A DNA stretch of 64,000 nt. Origin: Amoebophrya sp. A120. Taxonomy: Eukaryota; Protista; Dinoflagellata. Of the stretch, positions 1 to 11,800 are shown piece after piece. The stretch covers positions 2,337,151-2,401,150 of the forward strand of contig CAJINV010000007.1 in assembly GCA_905178155.1 (NCBI GenBank), read 5' to 3'. A model generated the notes under the pieces. That model was not told where the DNA came from, ran no database searches, and saw only the letters and a program-made list of their open reading frames with translations. Position 1 is the first letter of the stretch, and each line of letters opens with the position of its first letter. Position numbers and translations under genes: made by a program.

Positions 1-1092
1 GTACTTGACGACGAATTTAGAGCGTTTGGAATAAATGAAGAACCGCTGCTGGTACCCTTTCCTCCACCGCGTAAGCTTATCCAGCGTTGGTCGACGTTTT
101 CGTTTTCTCTGTAGTCCTGAAGCCTCCGCGTGTAAGTATTCCTTTTGCGGCTCGCGTGGTCAGGGGAAAACAATCCGGGCGGACGGAGCAACTGGAAGTG
201 TTTTTTACGACAAGGTTTAGGTCATTTTGTCATTATCTCCAAAATCATTTTCGCATCAAGAGAATCAAAGGACGATAGGAGTAGTTTCATTTATGAAACA
301 AATACGGGCTAGAAAAGCGAGTCGAAGATGTATTAGCATAAGACTAGTACGGTTACGGTACTACATTCAAATAAAGAACTTCTGCTGGTGTGCGCAGCTC
401 CATGCGCAACAAAGCCTTTCGCCCCCTTGCCCTACAGACAGTGAAGTTTGCTATCGGACGAGTAAAGAAGTAGAGAAGTAGATAGAGAGCGTCTATTATC
501 CCTGTAAGCGACGTAACACAACAACAACGACGCTCGCTCGCATATTATGTACGAGAGCCTACTGCACCACCATCACCAAGAATACACAACTTTAGTTGAC
601 GCACCATTATCCGCTCGGTCGTCGTGTCCAGGCGACTTACGACAAGACCAGAAAATCATGTCGCCATGGAGAAGGCCGACTCGCGGATTTGGATAGAAGT
701 TATTCCTACACGTGGTCGTCGTCGTGTGATAGTCATAGTTGCATGCGTCATGTTGCAGCGTTGTTGCTCTTCAGAAGGCCAACGAAGGCGAAAATGGCAA
801 TTGCAATAATTCGAATCGCCACAAAGAAGTAAGCCAACATCTTCCAATCTTAAAAATCACAAAATCCTTACAATTCTTGGCAAATCATGATAAATCCAAA
901 AAACAGCCACAGCATCTTAGAGCTACAGTCTTTCTCACTTCTTTCCTCTTGACCAAGAGCATCGCCGATATTCCTTCACATCTGCCAAGGCTCCGTCTTT
1001 TCATCACTGCTCTCCGCATTCTGTATTTCTCCGTGGCCCGAGCACACTGCTTCCGCTTCGTCGAGGTCTACCGCGACTTCTACGTAGTCGGT

Positions 1093-4000
1093 TCAGTGCT
1101 TCTGTTCCTGATCCTGCGAGGACCTCCTCCTGTCATCTCCCCTCGCCGAATCAACACCGCTTGTAGTTGTGCCTCCAATCGCCGTGGCTGCCGTGCGGAG
1201 GAAATCCGACAGACCCTCGTGGACGTTCGAGCTGTTGTCCTCCGTGACACACCGAGAGAACGAGAGTCGTGGGCTCGAGGCTGGTGAAAGACTTCTTCTA
1301 CACGCGAGAACATCGGAGTCAGTTACAGCAACTTCACAAGAAGAAGACGATGGAGCAGTAGTCGTGGCTGGTGCAATGAAGCCGAACTCTTCACATATTT
1401 CCTCAACACCCAGGCTGGCTGTACTATGGTGCAGCTGCGCTGAGTCCTCTGACTGCGGTGGTGATACAAGAATTGCTGGGTTGTAAGACTTCTGTACGAT
1501 GCCGATGCGGTGCTGCTGGTCGTCTCTCGTCGGGTGGGAAGAACACGACGAGGAGGACACTGCGCAGCCACCTCCGATGGCGCAAGGGCCCCCGGTTGCT
1601 CCACCCGGCGCAGAGGCAGGAGTTATTCCACTGGCCGCCGGGGCTCCTCCTCCTGCAGCAGCACCCACAGGCGAATTCATCACAAACACAGGCATCTGCA
1701 CGATGGTCCAACCCATAAACATGTTGCCCGCGGGAATGCAGAGTGCCCCGTTTGGAAGGACGCTTGGTGCTGTTTCACCAGTTGGACTTGTTTCATTTGA
1801 CCTGGTGGTGATCACGGGAGAGGACCCGGCGGCGTTAATACAGGAGCTCCTTCTGCTGTAATCTGGCGATTGCTGCTGGTCTGCCCACTGTTCGTGATCT
1901 TGTTCCGTGGAGTATGAGGCTATGATCTTCGACGCGGACGAGCCTCCAGCACCACCTACTACATCATCAGCAGCTCCTGCAGCAGAAAAGGTGGTCTGGT
2001 GACCTGAAGATGAAGCGGGGAGGAACTCGGGCGCAGCTAGGTTCCAACTACTAGTGGTAGAAATGCCTGTGGTCGTCACAGCTTTTTTCCAGATTTCCTG
2101 CGCCTTCGGAGCGGAGGCGTGTCTTTCTTCTGGTCGACATGCGGAAGTCTTTTCGCCATCTTCCGTAGCCTTATTTTCGAGACCATCGGCTGATTTTTTC
2201 CTGCATGCAATAGCATCTCGACTCGTCGTACACGCCAGTTTTTTTTTCGGTAGCGGACCACGCGAGGAAAGCGAAAGGTCTTTGCCGGACACGTTTTTCG
2301 CCGCAGGTCGTACAGTGGATGATCCTCCGGCGGTTCTTTGCGGTCGTACAGTGCCATCTTGTTGCTGAGTTTCGAATATTAGGTACGGCTACAGTGACTT
2401 TAGCGGAACTTGTTTGTGGCAAAGCGGCTCAGGCTGGAGGCAGACTCTGCCCCTCTTGAGGTTCCAAAATTGTACTTTCCATGCTAATATGTCCCCCACG
2501 ACAAGAGTTATGTAAAAAACGTGCGTGCTTCTACATCTAAACTATAGACTTTGAGCGAAATTAATAAATACCTGCGGCTCACGCTGCCCCGCCCCTGCGA
2601 TAGAAGTTCTTCTACTAGCAGATGACTCCCCTCCTGCTATCAAGGATTCTTCGTGTGGATCTACCGACGCCTCCGCCGACGAGGGATTTTTCCCCTGCCG
2701 CAAAAGTCTGTGGGAAGTCCCCATTCCTCCAGACCCGGTAAAAGTAGACTGTGAGGCGCCGCTCGCCCTACTACTACCCCCTGCAACTGCAGCGCCAGGT
2801 GTTCTCCTGGTGCCCGATGGTATGAACGAAGAGAGTGCAGCGCCGGCACCACTGGTTGTTCTCTGCGAATTATGATGTCTACTCGCGGCAGCTCCAGTCG
2901 CAATTTCATCCGTGTCCTCTTGCGGCCCGCTGAAGGAAAAATCGTAGTGATCCGATTCTTGTTCTGCAGCAACAGAAAACTCGTTCATCTCCAAGAGCGA
3001 GCTGCTGAGCTCTGCCGGAACCATTGGTCTGCGCAGCTGCGTCGTGCCCACAGAGGATGTCAATCGTTCTCCAGATGAGCGGCCTTCGTCTGGTACGCTC
3101 CTGCACCCTTGCGCCACCAATAGGCACAGTTCGTCCATCTCCCGCTGGCTCCGTTGTAAGTTGTCCTCCACGCGAGTAGTTTTTCCTCGTGTTCCCGTAT
3201 GAGTCGACGACGACTCTTGGAATAAACAACCAGCCTCTTCCTCGTTCTCCGGAATACCGGGGAACAGACGGCTGGCGATGGCGATCTTCGTCTTGGTCTT
3301 CGTCTTCGCATGGCTATGGCTGCCGCTCATCTCGCTGCTGCTCGGTCGAGACCACTGGCAGAGGTGACAACTAGGGCAGTTTTCGCCCTCTCGACAGCCG
3401 GTCTTTCGGCGAACGTACTTGCACGGGGCACCGCAGGTGTTGGGGTGTCCGCAACTCCCGATGGACATCTGCCACGGGTAGGTCTGCTCGACACCGCAAA
3501 TACTGGAAACATAGCTGGAAGTTGTTCCACTACTCATCCCCGAGGAAACGGACGCGGCGTCGTCAAACTGTGTGAGGTTTTTAGTGGAGGACTTTAGTAA
3601 GTAACTAATGTACAAAAAAGATGATGAACTGAGATTGCGCCATATTTCTTGTGAAGTGGCAAAGAGCAGCACACGACACGATGATAGCCTGCTTGCTTAG
3701 TCTGCTCCTCTTCCTGCACGGAGACCGCGGCGGCACAAGGAAAATTCATAGAGATAGATGAGAAAAACAAAGCACACTTCTATCGATCATGCAGATCACG
3801 CACCTGATCCTCTCCCGCAACGACTTTTTCCCGGCGCCAGAAGCACAAGTGGCAGTTCGGGCACTGGTTTCCGTAGCGGCAGCCCCCCTTGCGCTTGACG
3901 TAGCGACAAGCGGACTTGCAAGAGTGCGGATGTCCAATGGATCCGACGCTCATCGACCCGGAATCTACAGAAGAAAGCACCCGCTCTGCAGGAGCTCGTT

Positions 4001-5211
4001 CCCCAACTCCTACACGGGGGCAGAAAAGGAGACCAGGTTGCTGACATGATTGCTGCAAAAAGTCGCTGCAGCTCTGTGAATAATCAGAGGCTCCAGCGGG
4101 ACGAGGTTGGTCTGTTGTATTTGAGACGTTGTAAACGTCGAAATCATAGTATTGAACAAGACCTCTATTTTTTGAGGAAAAAAAACTTTCAATCAAATAC
4201 TACGCAGCAAATCCAATCTTCGTATATCTTTTTAGCAAGAGCGTTTATCATTTTGGTATGGTAACACTAACATTACTAGCAGCTGTGAATTATGTGCCAC
4301 TTTCTTCACCATTTGGACATACCTCCTCTTTCGCCCAGCACGAGCTTTGTTCGTGGCGCTGCTCCGCCAGGAAAAGCTCGACTAGTTGTACTATCTGCTA
4401 GTAAAAGACCTCCTGTACTAGGCTGTTGGACTTGGTTCGTATACTGCCACGAGGACGATGAAGAGCCCCCGCCGCGCTGGTGAAGAAGCCCTTGAGGCTG
4501 CTGAGATAAGTAGAAGAGCTTCGAGTGGTCCTGGTGGTCCTGGTCCGCTTCTTCATCCACCAGTCTCGGGCGTTGTGGTTCTTCTACTTGCTGGCTGGCG
4601 CTAGAAAAATTCCGGACCTTTTGGTCCTGTTCCTGATCCTGCCTCTGGTCTTGTTCACGCGCCGACTCTACTACTGCGGCCTTTTGGGCCAGCACTTGTT
4701 GGAACTTGACGGGGTGCAGGAGGTCAGTATTTTCGACCTCGGCCACAGCAGAGATCCGACCTTCGGCCTGGCTGTCTTTCTCAACGCCAATCCTGTAGTC
4801 CTCCGCCAAAACATCCTCGCTGGATAAGGATATGACCTTGCTTCGCCTTCCTCGTCTTTCTGTTTCTGTATTATTTTTGTCTTCTGCTACTGCTGCTCCT
4901 GGCACTTGTGGTGTTGATGCTGATGGTTCAACATCAAGTTTTTTTGTGTCCACCTCGTCTCTTTCTTCACCACTGTTTCTAGTGCCAGGTCGTGCACTAT
5001 TAGTACTGTCAAATCCAGGGCGAAACGCTGAGCAGGTGTGACGGACGGTGGCGCAAGTGATGAGGAGGAAGCAGTAGTACAGGCGGCTTGCCGGGGCCAG
5101 CTGGTTCTTGGAAAAGCGATGTGGCTTTCGTGGTCCAGCTCCAGGCTTTAATATTGTCGCTCTTGAATAAGTCGATGACGTGGCTGTCGTCCCAGAAATT
5201 AACACGACCAT
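1093..5211 (-). CDS. Twin CCCH-like (dinoflagellate C3H1-type) zinc-finger protein, ~1,170 aa, 4 exons (5211-4323, 4162-3804, 3567-2572, 2364-1093)
   Basis: Two copies of S-x-GS-x-GHP-xx-C-x3-C-x-Y-x3-K-x-GC-x2-G-x2-C-x2-CH-L-C-x-W (ORFs 3780..4196 and 2542..3672). GT-AG introns 3568-3803 and 2365-2571 join the ORFs in phase. The first intron (4163-4322) needs a weaker GAG acceptor, so exon 1 is less certain. The rest is S/G/A-rich low complexity. Confidence 0.6.
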
Positions 5212-6539
5212 CTTCTTTTTCAGAGCAAGGTTGCATACACGACCACGACCAATCAACGGATGCAGAAACCCGCAAATAAAAAGAAAAAAATGATATCGGA
5301 TTGTAAAATTTGAATAAAGAACTAGTAGCTTCGAAATATGTAAGTACGTAGTCTCGGTAGATGAAGAAATGCAGAATTGGAAAACCTATTTTTGCGCAGA
5401 CAGGAGGTCAACCTTTGTAGCAAAGCGGAAACATCATCATGCTGGAAATGAAAAAATGTATTCGCATGGAGATGGACACGATGCAACGTTGGTCAGGTCC
5501 TTCGTACTACTTCCGACCTGTCTATCGTTGCATCGCTAAAAATATTGTCATTCCACCAGGTGCAGGTTCTGAACTTGCTAGGTTAATCAGGTCGTACAGG
5601 GGGCCCTTTCTGGCCACATAAAATGTGCCGAAGTCTTTAGAAAAGACAAAGAAAAGTCAGAACCGGTGGAAAAAGAAAACACGCGCACTTCTTCACACTG
5701 TCCGATCAAATACTGTAACACAATGCTGGTAAAAAAAGTGGATCTTGCCTTCAACTTCATTGAGCTGCTGTGCTTTCATTTCCCAAAAATTGAAGCACAA
5801 CAACCAATACCAAAATGCGTGCCATCATCCCATAAAATGGTCAGAACTTCAACTTTTCGAGATGGGCACAACAGAAATAGCACGACGAGATCTTTACATG
5901 TTTCCTTCACGATCTGGTCACACTGTAAGTGCAACAGTAAGCAAAATACGTAGCACGCAGCGGTCCTACCTACTGATCTTCGTTGCAAAAAAGAACGCAG
6001 GAGCAAAACTAAGAGCGTCTATCACTGGTGGTCGCAGGTTCTTTCTACAACTCCTGCCTTTGTCTGTAATTGCTTTTCTGTTTTCCTGTTCATTCATCAT
6101 GCTTTTTGTGCCCGACTGTTCTTGAAAAATTTTGGTATGCCTGGTAAAAAAGGTCGTGGATGACTCAATAAAAAGCGAAAATCTACAAAGTGAAAGGCAA
6201 CCTCCACTCGATAGCGTAATGCAAATGCCATTCCGTATGTTCTTGTTTAAGTAATCAAGTCTTTCATGACGACACAGACACGGCATACAGCCATCAAACC
6301 AAACACAAGTGGAACTTATTCTTGCGATTGCGCTCTCAGTACAGTGGCTACTACAAATCCTCCTACCGCAGTGCGCTTGCCGCGCTTGCGTTTTCCTTTT
6401 CGCTTTGCTTTCATGATTGAAAATGCGACAATAAACCATTACGCAAACGTAGTTCATCTTGACATTATCCTGCTCATAATTGCTGCTCTTGCTCCTCAGT
6501 ACAAATACAAATTTTTGTGAAGCACGAACTTCTGCAGCT

Positions 6540-8127
6540 TCAAGACGTTGCTACAAAACACCGGATATCATGTTTAGCCGTACTCCCACCTTCAACATCT
6601 TCCGGCACAGAGTAAACAATATCCGCACCCGCTTTCACAAACCAAATTGTATTCTTCTTGGCGACAAAGGGGGCAGAGCCGTCGATTTGCAAACAGCAGA
6701 CGTCGGAGAGAATTAACACGATAGAGGCTTGCGGCAACGTCTGCCTGGCATTTCCGGTCACTTCAAACACCTGTTGCAGAAGTTACAGTGAGTTAGACTT
6801 GGTCGACATAAAGCTGCTGTGAAAATAAAGAACGAGAAAAAAATGCAAATGCATCCAGATCCAGATCCAGATCCACCAAAACGCAATCAAGAAAAAATAA
6901 AAAAACTTCCGTTTACGACAAAAATACTTTGAAGTCTCGGATTTCTTCTGGCGGGCTGTAGAGATACAGGTTTTCCGCCACTTTTTCCGCCGGTTTGATC
7001 AGTTCCGGTAGTATGTCATCCCTGAAGTCGCACATGGATAACAGCAACGGCACATCTTTGAACTTCGGCGTTAGCCCCGCCCGCACCACGTTGTCTGATA
7101 AGCTCATGCACTCGATGACATCCCCGGAAAGGTACGTGTGCGGTACGTTCGCGGCACAGAACACAAAGTTTTTCCCCACGGCATTGTTCGTGATTTTCAC
7201 GTAGTTGAGGAAAAAAACCGAGAAAATGCCCACGTCCCCCGGATAAAATTCCGCGAGATTTTTCACCACGGGTTGTAGCTCTTCTGGAATCTTTGTCTTT
7301 CCCTGGCTGCTATTGTGGTCTTCTTCTAGCACTAGTACACTGGCGACAAGTTTTTCGACCTCCTCATTCACGAGGTCGGGGTCCGCTGTCATCAGAATCT
7401 TGTAGAGGCTTTCGACAGTAGAAGTTTTTTCCTTTGCCCGATCGTCCGCACCAGAACAAGTGTCGACGTCGTGATTACAGTTTTTATACCCGTTCGACTT
7501 CATCACGGTCAGCAACTCCGGAATCGACTCGATGAAACCCAAGATCTCCTTCCTCGGACGGAATCCGCACAGACACTCGAACTCCTCGGAAATCGGGATC
7601 CCAATTTCCGGTTTGTGGTTCGCATCGTACACACTCGGCTGCTCGGCGTGCAATTTCTTCGCCAACGTGCGGTCTGGGTGCACTTGGATGCTGCTGGCTT
7701 GGTTGAACGAAAGCACCTTGAACAGGTACGGAAGGTCGTTTTCCGCCACGGCCGGGGTGGGGTTCGCGCCGAGCCAATAAACCGGGTCACGCCGGATAAA
7801 GTCGAGAAGGGAAACTGGTTCTGCTTGTGGACTTCTGGAGGCCGTGCCGTCTTTTGATACTTTTTTGGTTTCGTGATCCTTGTTCAATTTGTTCACCATG
7901 TCATAATTGTTCCCCCCCTCGCCCGCTCCTGCCACCAGCAAACATGGCGCTTTCTCGTGCGTACCCATCCACATCTCCGCGTACCGCTTGGACTCGTCAA
8001 CCTCATTCGGGTTTACTGCCATCTTCGCGACCATACTGGCACTCCCTTTCTTTCCCCACCCGTAGTTTTGCACGCGGGGGAGGATTTGCACGCACGATAG
8101 GCCATTGTTGCGCTTTTCGGCTGCCAT
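6540..8127 (-). CDS. MPI: Mannose-6-phosphate isomerase (type I PMI), ~476 aa, 2 exons (8127-6928, 6770-6540)
   Basis: Family motifs QNYGWGK, YAEMWMGTH, LPYLFKVLS, SIQVHPD, DANHKPE, LCGFRP, ANVPHTYLSGDVIECMSLSDNVVRAGLTPKF. GT-AG intron 6771-6927 in phase 0 (…DFK|VFEV…). Confidence 0.93.
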
Positions 8128-8879
8128 TTTGTCTTGTTTCTCTTTCTTCTGAAATAGATTGGACGTACAAGTAACTTCTTCAACGAAGAACAAGACAGTA
8201 ATTCTGAGTGCCAGATGCAATTCTAAGGCTTCATAGTTTTCAACAGCAAAAGTGGCTATTGAAGCGCCAAGCAAGTTGCCAGTTTCCTATCGATTGAGAG
8301 GGGAGGAAGAAGAACGCAGGGTGATATTTTATGTGCAAGAACTGTTGACGTCGATGCTCTTGCTTTAAAAGAAAGGAGCTAAACTACACGCCGGACTCTC
8401 ACTATTTCATGGGCATGCAGCCAGTAGCTTGAGACAATGGGTATATGTCCCGGAATAGATACATTGTGTTTGTGATTGAAGATGCGGTGTCAACATCAAT
8501 TCTGCTCTCTCGTCGCTCCAAAAACTTGAAAAGATACCCTCGAGTGATCGTCCAGAACAACAAAGCGCATATCGGCATACATCGCACGCCAAGACAATCA
8601 AACCATGTAGAATGATCACAACTGAAGATATCTGGTCCTTCGTAGAATGATGTAGAGCTGCCTGTAGTCATGCTTTTACTGAAATTGTATGCAGTACTTC
8701 ATGCGCGGTTTAAAAAATATCATGTTGCATTTTTTCTCGAAGCGAGTTCGAGTATCACTGACTCGTTCATGTACATGTTCCTCGACACAACATTACATAA
8801 GAAATCACGCTACACAGATTCAGAGTCAAAGTCGCAGATCGCTTTACTAGTACACAACTCCTACACGGTCCTCACGGCC

Positions 8880-11800
8880 TCAACTACTCACTTCAATCCA
8901 CTGCCTGAGTGCATCTGCCAGTAACCCTGGCAAACTGTCCCGGTCCCGAACCACGGCGTAGAAGGGGAACGGAAAGTCCTGCAGATACGGCGTGATCACG
9001 CACTGCCCGGTGGAGTAGTCGGCCCCTTTCAGGTCGAAGACGGACGTAGAGCGCTTAGCAGGAGGAGCTGCTGGTCTTGGTGTCGCTTTTGCTGCTGAGG
9101 AGCCTAAACCTTCGCCATCCCTTCTTGCAGCCGGCTGTTCGTCTTTCGGGTCCACAATGATCAACAGCGGCAGAATTTGCCTGGACAGTGCCTGGTGCAC
9201 CTGGGCCCGTACCATGTGCTTGTTGAACCGGCCGTCGGTAACGATCAACAGGATCTGCTTGCAACTGGAACTACAGGAAGACCCCCCAGTTTGCTCGAAG
9301 AGTTCCATGCTGTATTTCAGCAGGTCCGGCAACCCCTTATCGTGCGACCGGATCGCTTCTTCGTCGAAAGTGAGGTGCTGGAGCAGCGGTTTGGCCTGTT
9401 CGAAAGTGAACGAAGCGGCACCAATGTTGTGGGAGGAGGGGGTCGTCGTGGGAGATAATTGCTCAACTGCTAGAGGACTGTTGCTGTTGCTGTCATGCGG
9501 GTGGCCGGCGTAGTTCGAGTTGTCTTCATTTCTGATGTCGCTACTTGTCGAGCCGCCATGTGCTGCTGTCGAGGAACACTGATGCAGACATGGAGCTGAG
9601 CTTGAAGCAGCGCTACTTCCACCTCCATTTGATGCCCTCGCCGCCGCGACGCCGAGTCTTTCCTGCTCGAAGCCGCACAACAGCCTCGGCGCGTCGCCGC
9701 CAAAGGACAGGACCCCGACGTCACCCACTTCCGCCTTGCTCAGCGCCGAGCAAATCAGCACCAGGGCCTGCAACGCCAGGGGAGCGACCCCGCAGTCTTT
9801 CATGCTCTGACTGTTGTCCAGGGCAAGCAAAACCTGGTACTCCCGCTTGCTGGGCTTTGTCCGGCGAAGCCAGATTTTGTCGCGCCGGTAGTTGGACGCT
9901 AGGAAGGAAATGACTTTGCGCATCGACAACCGCTTCCCCGTCTTGTAATCGCCCTGCAATTTCCCTCGCTTCGTCGGCTCGAGCAGAATTCTTAGCTGCT
10001 CTGCCAGGTTGGCGGCCTGGTTGCTGGTCGCCTGCTCGAGTGTTTGGTACAGTTTCTGGAGAAAGATGTCGGAGGAGGTTCCCTTCTGCATGCGCTCCAG
10101 CCTCAACTGCCGGTCTTGGTCCAGCAGTTTCAAGGCCTGGTCCACGGACAGGTGCTGGTTCAGGAAGTCGTCGCTTTCTTGGTCCTGGTTTGTCGAAAGA
10201 CTTTGATCTTCAAAAGCGTCTGTTGTATTATTGCCAGACAGGTTCTTCAAATCCACTTGCAGCTGAGAGGAATTATCCTTGTCGGCGTTGTTTAGCATCA
10301 AATCTTTCTTTTCATCTGCCTCTTCCAACGCCTTGAGCAGATCGGTTTCGTTCTGGAGTCGCTCCTCTTGGAGGTCCGCCGCGTCGGGAAGAATGCGTGC
10401 GTTATTTTTCCTGTTTCGGTCAGGTGACTCGTCTTCGTCCAAATCATCGCTATTTTCCTTTCCGACCGCTTTAGCCTCTTTTTGCTTCTGCTTTTTCTGC
10501 TTATTTTCGTCACCCTCATCATCGGGATTGACTTCTTCCGGTTCGTCTTCCTCAAGAATGTTTGTATTTTCGCTATTCTTTTCCTCGTCTTTTTTCATGC
10601 GATTCGCGATGTCCTGGTGCTCGTCGATGTCTTTCGCCTCGCCGATCGCTTCGAGATCCGCGTTCGGGTCCGTTTCGTGTAAACCGTCTTGCAGTTGTTC
10701 CTCTTCCATATCATGCTGCTCTTTCTCGTCTTTCAAACCCAGTTTTTCATCCGCATCGGGCTCCTTTTCTTCGTTATTTTGCACGATGTCCATCTTCTGC
10801 AGCTTTCGCTCTTCCAAGCTCAAGTCGTTCTTTTTGTCCTCCGCTGTCTGGCTTTGGTCATTTTTCTCCGGCCTCTGTTGCTTCTTCTGTTGTTCGTTTT
10901 TTTGCTGGTTCGCTGTTTGCTGCTGGTTATTTCTCGACTTCCCCTGCTGCTGCTCCGACTGCGGGTTGGCTTGCTGCGCGTCGTTGGTGTCATCCCCATC
11001 GGGGGCTTCGTCCATCTGGTCTGCATCAATCGCAGCGGCCTCCCCCTGGTCACCCGACTCCCCGCAGTGCTCGGACTTCTGCAGGTTCGGATCCTTCTTT
11101 TCCGGCTCGTTGTCGCTTTCGGGGTTGTTTTCCTTTTCCTCCTCTTCCGGCGCCTGGTCCTCGCCCTTGTTCAGCGCGTCCTCGCCGGAGAAGTTCTCGG
11201 GGACAACTGCTGGGTCATCTTTCGTTTCATCTGGTTCAGGATCTTTGTCCTCTTCGGGGTCAACATTTTCCTCGTTCTTCTCTTCGTCTGCAGCTTGTTC
11301 GTCGTCCGGACTGTTGTTATCCAGCTCCTTCGTCTCATCTTCGCCCTCTTTGTCGTTAACATCAGCATCGTCCTCTTGCAACAGTCCGTCGTTCTCGTCA
11401 ATGTCCTTTTTGTCCGCGTTTTCCGCGCCTTCGTCGCTCATGTCTGCATTTTCCTGTTCTGGAAGGTTTTGTTCTTCGTTTTGATCTTCTCGCCCATCTT
11501 TGTCCTGCTCCTCATTTTCTCCAGCATCATCTTCCTCCTCGATCTCGTTTCCCTTCATATTCACGTCGTAGCGGTTCGGCTCGTCGGGGGTTTCATCCTC
11601 GTCAGCAGCGGCGTCAGGGTCGTTTTCGTCACCTTTGTCAGCAGGCTCGTCATTTTTGTTCTGCTCCTCCTCACAGTCTTCTACATTTTCCTCCTCTTCG
11701 CCCGGCTTTTCCTGGTTTTTGTCTTTTTCCTCCTTCCCCGCAGCTGAGTCTTTGTTTTCCTCATCCTCCTTGCCCTTCAGTTCCTTCTCACCCTCTTGCT

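Noticed and set aside
860-1095. Stop-codon reassignment or readthrough (frame stays open ~70 codons after the TGA at 1093-1095)
   Set aside because: Standard-code ORFs of 2,105 and 3,638 aa have no internal stops, and other breaks are explained by introns. One open tail is not enough evidence.
2455-2476. Dinoflagellate spliced-leader relic (cttgag…ccaaaat)
   Set aside because: Only a gapped partial match to the 22-nt leader, and it lies inside a predicted intron.
6853-6875. (ATCCAG)n microsatellite in the PMI intron
   Set aside because: Under four copies; an ordinary slippage repeat.
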